IMG/VR virus record: IMGVR_UViG_3300044699_000032
Span: 3,220 to 67,219 of that record
DNA from: a virus
DNA: 64,000 nt
Strand: one strand, 5' to 3'
Part shown: positions 48,041 to 60,200 of the stretch, piece by piece
Layout: each line of letters opens with the position of its first letter
Numbering within the stretch: the stretch's first letter is position 1
Made by a program: the position numbers and the translations under genes
The notes under the pieces: model-generated
Database searches by the model: none
Told to the model about the DNA's origin: nothing
Seen by the model: only the letters and a program-made list of their open reading frames with translations

Positions 48041-48918
48041 TGCGGAATTCCGGGCTCGCCTTGGGGGCCGCGCTCGCCATTCTTGCCGTCCTTGCCGTCC
48101 CGTCCATCCCGACCTCGCCGCGATGCCAAATCCCAATCATCGCCCTCACGCGGCGTGCTTTGTGGCTTGTCCTTGCGCGCGATCCAAGTCGATCCGCCAT
48201 AGGTGACTTGATCGCCTAGCAAATACTCTTTTCCACTCTTGAAGCTGCCGCGGTGCAGCACGATAGGGAATGTCAGGGGCGACCATTTGGTGATCTCGCC
48301 CTGCTTGAAACCGAAGTTGAAACTGCGATCATCGATCCGTTCGATGGTGAAGTCGTCGAGCGAGAACCCGTCACGGCCGTCCTTGCCAGGAGCGCCGTCC
48401 TTGCCGTCCTTGCCGTCCGCACCGTCCTTGCCGAGCACCGGCCCGAGTGTATGGACCGCCCCGTCCGTCAGTGTCACGACCAGTTGACCCTCGCGATTGA
48501 TGACCGCGCCAGCGAGGCCAATGCCGTCCGCACCCCGCTCGCCTTGCGCCCCGTTAAAGCCGTCCTTGCCGGCCAACCCCGGCTCGCCGCGCTCACCCTG
48601 CGGCCCCGCTTCGCCCCGCTCGCCGACGCCTCCCGGCTGACCCGGCTCGCCCTGCGGCCCCGCCGCGCCGTCCGCGCCCCGCTCCCCGGCTGGCCCCGCC
48701 TCACCGGCCGGTCCCTGTGGCCCCGGCTCGCCCGATAGGCCGCGCTCGCCCGGCGGCCCTTGCAAGGGCTCGGCCGCCTTGAGCGCGGCAATCTCTGCCC
48801 TTAGCTCGGTGATGACTTGCTGCATCGGTTCGATCGCCTTGGCGACACATTCGGCGATGTGATCCCGCACGACGGGCGCGAACCCTGCCGCGACCGCGCT
48901 GATAGCGGCGTGGTTCAA
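48019..48918 (-). CDS. collagen-like (G-X-Y) head-associated protein
   Basis: Long GPPGERG/GPQG runs and C-terminal FPIVLHRGSF...Y..GDQVTYGGSTWIA...DWDLASRRGRDG. The TTG start overlaps the portal stop. Confidence 0.85.
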   Translation of the reverse strand: MNHAAISAVAAGFAPVVRDHIAECVAKAIEPMQQVITELRAEIAALKAAEPLQGPPGERGLSGEPGPQGPAGEAGPAGERGADGAAGPQGEPGQPGGVGERGEAGPQGERGEPGLAGKDGFNGAQGERGADGIGLAGAVINREGQLVVTLTDGAVHTLGPVLGKDGADGKDGKDGAPGKDGRDGFSLDDFTIERIDDRSFNFGFKQGEITKWSPLTFPIVLHRGSFKSGKEYLLGDQVTYGGSTWIARKDKPQSTPREGDDWDLASRRGRDGRDGKDGKNGERGPQGEPGIPHWQHGKT

Positions 48919-50338
48919 TCCGTTGCTGCTTGTAGAAATTTGCGTAACTCCCAATTTGCCAGCACCGTGATCGCTGCCAAATCAGCCTCATCGACCTCGA
49001 TATCTTTGGTCGGGGCGGGCGGCGGCGGGGGCGGCGCTGGTGGGGCGGGGGGCTTCGCTGGTGCGAACGGATCGGCTTGCGCATCGCGCTTGGCTAAGGC
49101 TTCAAGGGAATAGTTTTGCTGCTGACTCAACGGCGCTTCGCCACCCTTGACCGGCCCGAGATTCAAGCGCGCGCGGGCTTCGTTTGGAGATTTGATGGCG
49201 GCCTTGGTCGCGGCAGCTTCCGTCTCGACTAACGTCTTGGTGTCCATCCGCAGCAAATCGTCGAGATCAAACCATGTGCCGTAAGAGTGGCCCTCGACGT
49301 CGACGAGCCCCAAGCCTTCGTCGAGCAAAAGCTCGATGCTTTCAAAATGCTTCTGCAGCGTTTGGCTGTAATATTGCTGATTCAACGACTCGATGTTGTT
49401 GTAGCTCGGGGATCGCCAACCTGCACCATGTGCGGCGGCACGCCGAACGACGAGCAAACCATCTTGGCTGACACACCAAGCTGTTCGATCAATTGCGCGT
49501 CAACAAAATCCATTGTCATCGTTTCGAATTTCAATCCGCTACCGACAACAGCAACCTTGCCGGATTTTGCGCCGCTGAATTCCGACTCGAAGTGAGCTTT
49601 GATCCGTTGTTCGTCTTCTTTGCTGATGTCACCGGGCGCGCTCATCATGCCGCTCGGCCGCGCGCTGTTCTGAAAGAATTGCGTCGATGTGCGCTGAATG
49701 TTGATGCCATGCACCGCCGCCAGCGCGGCCGGTGCCATCGGTGATAGACCATGCAACGGATGGAATTTCAGCGTCATCATGTCGTGGATGATCTCTGACG
49801 CGGGCACGGTGACCTTTTCGACCGTCGTGCCGCTCAGGTTGTCCTTGGACAATTCGTAATAGACGGCACCATCGGGCGCGACCAGCAACCGCACACGCGT
49901 CGGATCGAGCACGTACATGCCAACTACAACACCGCGACCATCGCGCTCTTTCAGAATGTAGGTGTTGCCAGACATCAGTTTCGAGAACATCCATGCCTCG
50001 AAAAACTGAATGCGCGTCTGATAATGATTAGGCTTGCGGATCACCGGGCTAAATGCTGGCGCGGCGACTTCCGTCCATATTCCCTTGCCATCTTGCTCGA
50101 CCAATCGCAGGCGGCATTTTGCAACATCGGAAGCAATGCGATCGACGCACGCATAGACAGCATGAAAGCTCAGAATGTTTTCCGGGCGGGCTTCGATGTT
50201 GCGTTGCCACGCTCCGGTGTATGGCTCATGGACAACAGGGAACCACCAATTGCCGCGATCCACCGGCGTTGTTGGCGTGAACGTGTAATCCTTGCGCCCG
50301 AAGAATCGCCCGAGCGCAGGCAGATTAAAACGCATCAC
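48915..50338 (-). CDS. HK97-family portal protein, one frameshift near 49410
   Basis: AVYACVDRIASDVAK...KPNHYQT...SGNTYI...EIIH...GLSPM...FFQNSARPSG...DAQLIEQ...FGVPP...SPNEAR. Confidence 0.95.
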
Positions 50339-50541
50339 TCATCCTCTGCGCGCATGTCCATGCGGTGATAGCGGGGATCATCCTTGCGTGGACGACCGCG
50401 TCCATAACGCATCGGTGCATCCGATGCCCAACCCTTCCCGCGCCAGACGATTGCTTCCTTGTCGGTGCATTCGAACTCTTCACCGGCTTGCATCATCCGG
50501 CCGTGAATTTGCTTTGGTACATTCAAAACAAGTCTCGGCAT
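50335..50541 (-). CDS. small head-associated hypothetical protein
   Basis: MPRLVL...AGEEFE...GRGRPRK...YHRMDMRAE, between the capsid and portal genes. Confidence 0.65.
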   Translation of the reverse strand: MPRLVLNVPKQIHGRMMQAGEEFECTDKEAIVWRGKGWASDAPMRYGRGRPRKDDPRYHRMDMRAEDE

Positions 50542-50638
50542 CACAGGAACTCCAAAAATGGGGAGAGTAGTGAGGGCCAGGAAGGAGGAAGGAACATCCA
50601 TTCCCACCACCCTCCCCAAGTTGAGTCGCTTCCAACGC

Positions 50639-52574
50639 TTACGTGTAAGCAGCGCCAGCGATGTACTGCACCGCATTCGAGCGGCGTTTGGTCCAATTGA
50701 TGAATCTCTCAGCTTTGATCGCAATCATATTATTTTGCCAGAGAGATGTCAGAACGGTCGATGCGGTCGAAGGCGAGTCCGGTGTCGACTCCATCTGCAA
50801 CGATGCTTCACGGCTGGCATCGATCGTCACTTGTCCGTCGTCAGCCAACAGAATCTCGTTGGCCTTCGCCAATATGATCGGATAGCCCTCTGACGGCGAG
50901 CCAGTCGTCGACGGCATATTTTCAGTTGCGACAACAGGAATGCCAGCGAACGTGCCGCCATTCACGTTGATGCCAGCAAACTCCGGCTGACCGAGCGTGT
51001 TGTTCATCAGCCCGATCCGCATTGCCGTGCCTTGCGTCATGATCCACACCGCACTCGCGAGCGACATATTCGCGGTGAGGAAGGTTTGCATCAGCCGAGC
51101 TACGTCGGAACGCAGCGCCGCCGCGTTGGTGCCGCTCGGCGTGATCGGCGTCACGCCATTCGTGATCGACGCGGGCGAGATGCCGGTTGCCGCTTTCGAT
51201 GGATCGACGAACTGCGCATCCATGAACTGGATGATTGCAGCCGCCAACTCATCACGAACGATCGTTTCGGCAGACGGCGAGCTAAATCGTACAAGCTCCT
51301 CAGTTAGCGGGATAATCCCCGGCGATCTTCGCGAAGTCGAGCGTGATGCTGTCGAACGCGAGCGCACTTAGTGGCTTCGGAGCCGCCTCGCCGACCCAGT
51401 TGACGGTCGATGCACCGGTCATGCGCGGCACTCTGACCTTGAATGGCACGTTACGCAGTCCGGGGATGCGACCGATAAGAGTCAACGGGCGAAGATATTC
51501 GGCGAACGCTTCGGTGAGGTTCTGATATTGCACCAGCGGTCCCGCCCAAGTCGCGTCCGATGTCGTGCCGACAGCAACCGCCGCCTTGCATGCGCCAGCA
51601 ACTTCCGGCGTTTCCGCCATCCATTGCTCATTGGCCTTGGCGATCTCTCCCGCCATGAACCAGTTGCCTTGCGCGCGCGCATTGGCAAGCACCAGCCGCA
51701 CGAATGGCCGCCACCGCTCGACTTCGCGCTGACGAACCACGATGCCAGACGTCTCACGCCCGCCGCTACGGCTTTCCGCCGCCTCTGCCGGTTCTGCGCC
51801 ACGGACAGGAGCAGCACGCGTGACATTAATCCGCTCCATGTCCTGCAATCGACCGATGTGCTTGTCGAGTTGATCGACCTCGCCTTTGAACCCGGTCCAT
51901 TTCTCATCCTGCTCGGCGTCGAGGGCTTCGCCCTTTTCATCCGCAGCATCCATCAGCGCCGTCATCTGCGCCGTCAAACTCGCGCGCCGCGCCTCTGCTT
52001 CGCGCAACTTTTCCTGATTGGTCCTAGGCATCACTCGCTCCTTAATTTTCAATGGGGGTTTCGGTGGAATCCCGGCAGCGCCAACGTCCCGCTGCTTGCC
52101 AGCCCGCAATTCCTCGTCGAGCGAACGGACCATCGAAATAGTCGCGTCTTGATTCGCGGGAATTGTTACAACGCTTAATTCCAGCCAGTCCCAATCTTTG
52201 ATTCTGAGACCGCCTTCTTTCATGATCTCGTAACTGTTGACGGTGAAACCGATGCTCAGTCCCGTCGTCAGTCCAAGCTTGGTCGCCTGCCATGCTTTAT
52301 CGGTACTGTTTTTTAACTCGCCGGGCTCATCGACCTTGGCGAACGTTGCTGTGATCGGAATGCCGTCCTTGGTGGGCTTCGCGGCAGTCACCCAACCAAC
52401 CGGCTCGCGGCTGTTGTGCTGCCACAGCAGCGGCAGCGGCAGCTTGAACTTCGCGCCCTCCGACTCGACGATGTCGCCCATGCGATCGGTCGAAGGTGTC
52501 GACGCAATGCCTTTGATGATGCGCTCGTCTTCCTTCACCGATTTGATGTCGAGAATCGAATAGGCGCGATCCAT
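50639..52574 (-). CDS. HK97 prohead protease fused in frame to the major capsid protein (frameshift near 51320)
   Basis: GIASTPSTDRMGDIV...LLWQH...GLSIGF...ELSVVTIPAN (protease), coiled delta domain from MPRTNQ (52031), WVGEAAPKP...LTEELVRFSSP...LWQNNMIAIKAERFINW (capsid). Confidence 0.92.
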
Positions 52575-52617
52575 CACCGCTACCTCCTTTGATGCAGACA
52601 GAATTGTGAGAGAGTGG

Positions 52618-54130
52618 TTAGCCGACGACAAAAAACTGGTAGCTCGGCTTCGCTACCGGCTCGGGGCGCGCGGTCGCGGACCCCACAGCCATTGCCAGCG
52701 CGATCAGCGCATCGATGCGATTGGTCGCCCGGCGTTTACTGAACCAGAAGTTTCCGAACGGATCGTTTTCGGTCGCGGCCGACATCATCGCCGAGATCAG
52801 CACCGGGTTGCGCCTGATCCTGATCCGCTTTTCGAGAATCAAGGTTTCGAGCGTCACCTTCGATCCGGGCATCCATAGGCCGGTCTTGCCTTTGCGCTTG
52901 CCGCCCTGCGGATGCTCAACGATCGGCAGCGTCAACCCGAGCGCGTCCAACTCGGGCTCGAAATGCTTGTTGAACCCATAGGTGTCGTAAGCCACGGCTT
53001 TCACCGTGTAGAGCGACGACGCTTCCGCCAGCCGCGCCGCGACGTAGTCAAACCCGATGACCTTGCCGGGTGTCGCATTCAGGTGCCCGCGCTCGATCCA
53101 GAGATCATACGGGGCCTTGTCCCGAAACGCCCGCTCGCTGACGGTCGCCGCCGGCGTCCACGCCTCGATCCACGCGTCAAACGTCGGGCGGTTCTCGACG
53201 TCGACACCCGTCTGTACCACGTAGCCGATCGCCGTCATGTCCTGCGTCGCCGACAGGTCGAGCCCGACATGGACCTCTTCGCCCGAGTGCAGTGCGGGAT
53301 CAAAGTCGGCCTGGACGCTTTCGAGCGTCTCGCGGCTCATCCATGCGTCTTGCGAGTCCGTCCACCGGCAGAAGTGGAGCCGCAGGATGTTGTTGAGCTT
53401 GCCCGGCAATTGCTTGGCCTGCTTCACGACGCCAGCCAAATATTCTTCCGTGATCGTGACATTCAGCAGCGGGTTGGCCTTCGGCCAGCATGTCGGGTCT
53501 TCCAGCGGATCGTCGTCGTCGTCGAGCGAGCACACGAAGCTGAACGTCTCGTCGTCCTCGATCTCGCCGCCCGCGACCTTGACGGCGTGTTCGTGTTCCT
53601 CCCAGCACACCGTGTGCCGGTCGCTGCCGCTGTTCGTGATCATGATCAGCAGCGGTTGCCGCCGAAACTTGAACCCACGTTCCAACATCTCGATCATGTG
53701 GCCGTTGCGATGCTCGTGAATCTCATCGCACAGCGCGCACGACGGCCGCGGGCCGGAATGGTCTTCCTCCGACGAAATCGGCCGGAAAAAGCTCCCGCTC
53801 TTGAGATCGGCCAAATTCCAGATCGGATTGCCGCCGGACGGCGTCAGCCGCGCGCCAAGCGCACCGGATTGTTGCCACATGGCGACGGCATCGCGGAACA
53901 GGACCATGGCCTGTGACTTGATCGACGCCGCCGCGTAGACTTCGGCCCGCTGCTCGCCGTCTGCGACAAGGCAATACATACCGATGCCTGCCGCTAAAGG
54001 GCTCTTCCCGTTGCCCTTGCCTTGCTCGATATAGGCGCGGCGGAACCGGCGTCGCCCGTCCCGCCGCTTCCACCCGAACAGCGATCCGATGACGAATGCT
54101 GTGCGACGGATGCAGTCGAAACGGATTGCT
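52618..54130 (-). CDS. terL: terminase large subunit, 5' end lost in the fold-back
   Basis: RRFRRAYIEQGKGNGKS (Walker A), LCDEIHEH (Walker B), MITNSG, GLDLS...D and RIDALIALAMA nuclease motifs. Confidence 0.95.
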
Positions 54131-54249
54131 CTTTCGGGAATGACCCGCGAAGTTAGCTCTCGATCTCGCATCTCGACGCCCAAAAGCCCGAAGAAAGACA
54201 GAACGCTCGGCGTCGCGGGAGGTTCTTCACCTGACGATCATTTACCGGG

Positions 54250-57200
54250 TGATCCGGGCGGATTACGCGTTGGGCGTTAGCGGTCCGGATCGGGCACTGA
54301 GGTCATCGCGCGCCCATGTGCGGGCAGGCGTCGCGGCGCGGCATCTGCTGTGATCTGAGACTGGTCCGGCTCGCGATCTTGGTGTGGGATGGGCGGCAGG
54401 TCTAGCGCGTCGCTGGCGTTTCTTTTCCGGGCGTGTGCTGTGTCTGCCGCGCGGTTCAAATCGAAGGCAATCCGTTTCGACTGACATCCGTCGCAGCATT
54501 CGTCATCGGATCGCCTGTTTCGGGATAGGAAAGCGGCGGAGGGCGCGACGGTTCCGCCGCGCCATATCGAGGCAAGGCAAGGGCAACGGGAAGGGACCAT
54601 TTAGCGGCATGCATCGGTAACTGTGTATGCCTTTATCGTCGCAGACGGCGAGCAGCGGGCCGAATCTACGCGGCGGCGTCGATCAAGTTCACAGCCCTGG
54701 TCCTGTTCGCGCGAACTTGCGCCGTCGACATGTGGCAACAATCGGTGCGTTGAATTATAGTGCTACATGCGCTCGCGGCTGGAGACGCCGTCCGGCGGTC
54801 TAAATACGAGTCGCTGGAATTTGGCTCCTGTATCTCATAGAGCGGGAGCTTTTTCGGCGATTTCAGTCGGAGGAAGACCATTCCGGCCCGCGGCCGTCGT
54901 AGCGCGCTGTTCGTCGATGAGATTCACGAGCATCGCAAACGGCCCACTGTCGAGTTGTGGGAACGTGGGGTTCAAGTTTCGGCCGGCAACGTGCTGATCA
55001 TGCTCACGACAGCGGCAGCGACCGGCACACGGCTCTACTGTGCCTAGGGAGGAACACGAACACGCCGTCAAGGTCGCGGGCGGCGTGATCGAGGACGACG
55101 AGACGTCAGCTTCGTGTGCTTCGCTCGACGACGACGACGACCGCTGGAAGATCCAGACATGCTGCCGATGGCCAACCCGCCTGCTGAATGTCTCTGATCA
55201 CGGAAGATTTATTTGGCTGGCGTCTGTGAGAGGTCCAAGCAATTGCCGGCAAGATCAACCAAACATCTCTGCGGCGTCCACTTCTGCCGCAGGTGGACGC
55301 GAACTGCAAGACGCATGGTTTGAAGCATCCGCGAGGGACGTCGAAGAGCGTCCAGGATCCGACTTTGATCTCGCACTGTCAACTCGGGCGAAGGTATGGT
55401 CCATGTCGGGCTCGACTGTCAGGTCAGACGCCGGACTAATGACGGCGATCGGACTACGTGTGTACACAGACAAGGGTGTCGATACGTCGAGACATCCGCC
55501 CGATGTTTGAACGCGTGGATCGAGGCGTGGACCAGCCAGGCGGCGGACCTCGCATAGCGAGCGGAGCGTCTTCGGACAAGGCCCCGGTATGATACGTGTT
55601 CTGGAGAATCGAAGGCGCGGGCACACGGTCACCTGAATGCGTATCTACCCGGCTAGGGTTCATCGGGTTTGCTATGCGTCGCGGCGCGGTGGCTCGGAGC
55701 GTTCGCTCGCTCTACACGGTGAAGATGAAAGACGTGAGCTTACGGACACCTATGGGTATGCAACAGAGAAGCATTTCTCGAGCACTGTAGTTTGTGACGC
55801 GCTCGGGGTAGATCGCTGCCACGATTCTCAGATGCGTGAGCATGCCGCAGGGTCTAGGCAGCGCATAATAGCAAGACGGCTCTATCGGACCTTGCGCCCG
55901 GGATCGAAGGTGACGCTCGAAACCTTGTTTTCTCGAAAGTCGGATTCAAGGATCAGGCGTCTCAGAATCACCACTCGGGGCCTGGATCTCGGCGATGATT
56001 GTCGGCCGCTCGAGCGATAAAACGATCCGTTCGGAAACTTCTGGTTCAAGTAAAACGCGGACGCGACAATCGCATCGGATGCGCTGTCTCGCTTGCTGGC
56101 AATGGCTGTGGGTCCGCGACCGCGCGCCCCGCAGTCCGTAGCGAAGCCGAGCTACCAGTTTAGTCGTCGAGCTAACCACCTTATCACAATTCTGTACCCC
56201 GGATCCAAAGGAGGATAGCGGTGATGGATCGGCCGTAATTTCGATATCTCGACATCCGAAATCGGTGAGGGTAAGGAGGCGCATCATCAGGCATTGCGTC
56301 GACACCCTTCGACCGATCGCATGGGCGACATCGTCGAGTCGGAGGGCGCGAAGTTCAGCTGCCGCTGCCGCTGCTTATTGATGATATGGAAGACTATAAC
56401 CACACAGACGCTCGAGCGCGGTGTTGGTTTTGGGTGTACCTGCGCCGCGAAGATGCCATTCCCAACCAAGGACGGCATACACCATTCCGATCTGCAACGT
56501 TCGCCAAAGGTCGATGAGACTCGGCGGTTAATAAAAAATCACTCACCAGAGTACCGATAAAGCATGGCGGCGCCACAAGCATGGACTGAGATACGGGTAA
56601 TGAGCATTCGGTTTGTCATCCCGTCAACATAGTTAACGAGATCATTGAGAAAAAGGAAGGCGGTCTTCAGAATCGCAAAGGAGGAGGGGAACTGGCAGGA
56701 GAAATATTACCTATAAGCGTGTAACCTTACATTCCTTAACTCGTAAGACAAATTTTCATACGCTGAATCAAGAACGCGATATACTCGTTGGCTCCGTTCG
56801 CTCGACAGAGGGAATTGGGAGCTGGCATGCTAAAGCGGGACGTTGGACTCGCTGGCCGGGATTTCTACCGAAACCCCATGTAAATATTAAGGAGCGAGTG
56901 TGCATACACAGGACCCAACGCAAGACGAGATATATAGTTGCGCGCTAAAGCTGCGGCGACGTGCGCACGCCGAGGGGATTTTGACGGCGCAGATGACGGC
57001 GCTGATGGATGCTGCGGATTGAAAAGGGCGAAAGCCTCGCGACGACTCGAGCAGGATGAGAAATGGAACCGGGTTCACACAAGGCGAGGTCGATCATAAC
57101 TCAGACAAGCCCATCGGTCGCGATTGAGGCGACATGGAGAGCGGTTATTGTAATGTTCACGCGTGTGTTTCTGTCCAGTGGCGCAGGACTCGGCAGAGGC

Positions 57201-60200
57201 GGACGGACAAGCTCGTAGCGGCGGGGCGTGAGACGATCTAGGCATCGTGGTTCGTCAACGCGCGACTAGTCGAGCGGTGGCGGCCATTCGTGCGGATGGT
57301 GCTTGCCAATGCTCTGCGCGCGCAAGGCTAAATGGTCTTGGCGGAGAAGGATCGCCAAGGCCAATGAGGCAATGGATGGCGGAAACGCCCGGAAGTGTTG
57401 GCGCATGCAAGGCGGCACGGTTGTCTGTCGAGAACGACATCCGATAGTTCTCGTACGACTGGGGCGGCTGATCAGCGCTGGTTTTTTTTTTTTTTTTGTG
57501 CAATTATCTGAACCTCACGAGCGTTCGCCGAAATTATCTTCGCCCGTTGACTCTTTTCGGTACGCCAATCACCGGACTGCGTAAACGTGCCATTCAAGGT
57601 CAGAAGTGATCCCGCGCTTCCTACTCAAATTACAAAATGACCGGTTGCATCGACCGTCAACTGGGTCGGCGAGGCTGGCTCCGACAGCACTAAGTCGCGC
57701 ACGCTCGCACTGTTAAGACAAAGCAATCACGCTACGCACTTCGCGAAGATCCGCCGGAATTATCTCCGCTAACTGAGGAAGCTCTGTACGATTTAGTCGC
57801 CCGTCTGCCGGAACGATACGTTCGTGATGAAAGTGTGGCGGCTGCAATCATCCGAAGTTCATGGTCATGCAGCAGTTCAGTCGATCATCTCGAAATGCGG
57901 CAAACCGCATTGTCTCGCCCGCGTCGATCACGGAAATGGCGTGACGGCCGATTCCGCACGAGAGCTAGAGGCACAACGCGCGGGCATCATCGGCGCTGCT
58001 GTTCCGACGTTAGTCGGCTGATGCAAACCTTTTACCTCACGCGATATGTCGCTCGCGAAGTGCGGTGTGGATCATGACGCAAGGAGCACATGCTCAATGC
58101 CGGAACGCGGCTGATGAACAGAACCCACGCTCGGTCAGCACGGAGTTTGCTGGCATCATAACGTGCAATGGCGGGCACGTTCGCTGGCATTACTGTTGTC
58201 GCATGCTGAAAATATGCCCGTCGACGGACTGGCTCGCATCGGTCAGAGGGCTTTATCCGATGTATTGGCGAAGGCCAACAGACCGATTCTGTTGGGATAG
58301 ACAGAACGGAACTCAAGTGACGATCGATGCAGCCGTGAGTAGAGCATTTCGTTGCAAGAGTGGATGGTCTCGACAGACCGGACTCCCTTCGATCCGGCAA
58401 TCGACCGTTACTGACAGTCTCTCTGGCAAAAATTAATTATGATTGCGATCAAGAATGACTGAAGAGAATTCATCAATTGGACCAAACGCGCTCGAAGGCG
58501 CGGTGCAGTAACATCGCTGTGCGACTGCTCTTAGCACGTAAGCGTTGGATTGGAAGCGAGTCTCAAACTTGGCTGTGAGGGTCGGTGGGAATGAGTGTTT
58601 CACTTCGATCTCCTCTTCTCACTGGGATCCTTCACACTTACTCTCCCATTTTTTGGTGGGTCACTTGTGATTGCCGTGACATTGTTTTTGTAATACTGTA
58701 CCAAAGCAAATTCATCGGCGGATGCATGCATGCCGGTGTGAGAGTTCGATAATGCACCGACAAGAGAAGCGCAATCGTCTTGGCAAGCTCGGGAATGGGT
58801 TGGCGTCATTCGGCATGCACCGATGCGTTATGGAGCGCGGTCGTCAAGCAAAGGATGATCCCCGCTTTATCACAGCCCTATTTGGACATGCGCGCAGAGT
58901 AATGATGTGATGCGTTTTTTTATTGCTGCGCGCGCGCTACGGGCGATTCATTCGGACGCGCAAGGATTTCACGTTCCCTGCCGCACGCTCACGCCGGTGG
59001 ATAGCGGCAATTGGTGAGTTCCCTGTTGTCCATGAGCCATACACGCTGGGAGGTTGGCACGCAACATCGAGCCCGCCCGGAAAACATTTCGCTAGTCGCT
59101 TTCATTGCTGTCTTGCGTGCGACGATCGCATTTGCTTCCGATGTTGCAAAAAGCCGCCAGCGATTGGTCGAGCTAGATGGCAGAGGGACTATAGGACGGA
59201 AGTCGCCGCGGCCAGCATTTAGCCGGTGATGTCCGCAAGCCTAATCATAATCAGTACGCGCATTCAGTTTTTTCGAGGCATGGGATGTTCTTCGAAACTG
59301 ATGTCTGGGGCAACACCTACATTCTGAAAAGAGGCGCGATAGTCGCGGGTGTATGTAGTTTGGCATGTTACGTGCTCGATCCGGACGCGTGTGCGGTGTT
59401 GCTGGTCGCGCCCGTGGTGCGTCTATTTACGAGAGTATTGTCAAGGGGGACAACCCTGAGACGGCACGACGGATCTCGAAAAAGGGTCACCGTGCCCAGC
59501 GTCAGAGAGCTTCCACGGACAGATGATGACGCTGAAAATTCCATCCGTTGTCGATGTCTATCGACGATAGGCACGGACGCGCTGGCGTCGGTGCATGGCA
59601 TCAACAGATTCAGAGCACATTCGACGCAATTCTTTCGCAGAAACAGGCGCGCGCGGATCACGAGCGGCATGATGAGCGCGCCCAACAGGTGATTCATCAG
59701 CAAAGAGAAGACGTATACAAAACGGATCAAAGCTTCACTTCGAAATGTCGGAATTCATGCGGGCCGCAAATCCGGCAAGTTGCTGTTGTCGGAAGCGGAG
59801 TTGAAATTTGTCGAAACGATGACAAAGGATTTTGTTGACTGCGCAATTTTGATCGAACAAGCTGGTGTGGTGACAGCCAGATGGTAGAGTGTTCGTCTGT
59901 TCGGCTGCCGCCCGCACAAGGGTGCAAGAGTTGGCGCAGATCCCCGAAGCTACAATTCATACATTCGATGTCGTTGAATCAGGCAATATTCATGAACTCA
60001 AACATCGACTAGCTAGAAGCATTTTGTAAAGCGCATCAGAGGCTTTTTGTCTCGACGATGGCTTGGGGCTCGTCGACTCGTCGCGGGCCACTCTTACCGG
60101 CACATGGTTTGAATGTTGTCTCGACTGATTTGCTGACGGTAATGTGAAGATCACCTAGAAGTTACGCTCGCCAGAATCTCGGAACAGCTGTAATAGCAGA

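Noticed and set aside
1-54130. Widespread pseudogenisation (portal, capsid, endolysin, fibre, resolvase, ATPase)
   Set aside because: Single-base shifts with otherwise intact motifs in essential genes, plus the fold-back, indicate read error rather than prophage decay.
54130-54480. Covalently closed hairpin telomere of a linear plasmid-prophage
   Set aside because: The turn lies in the 5' part of terL, is not a clean palindrome, and no protelomerase or partition genes are seen.
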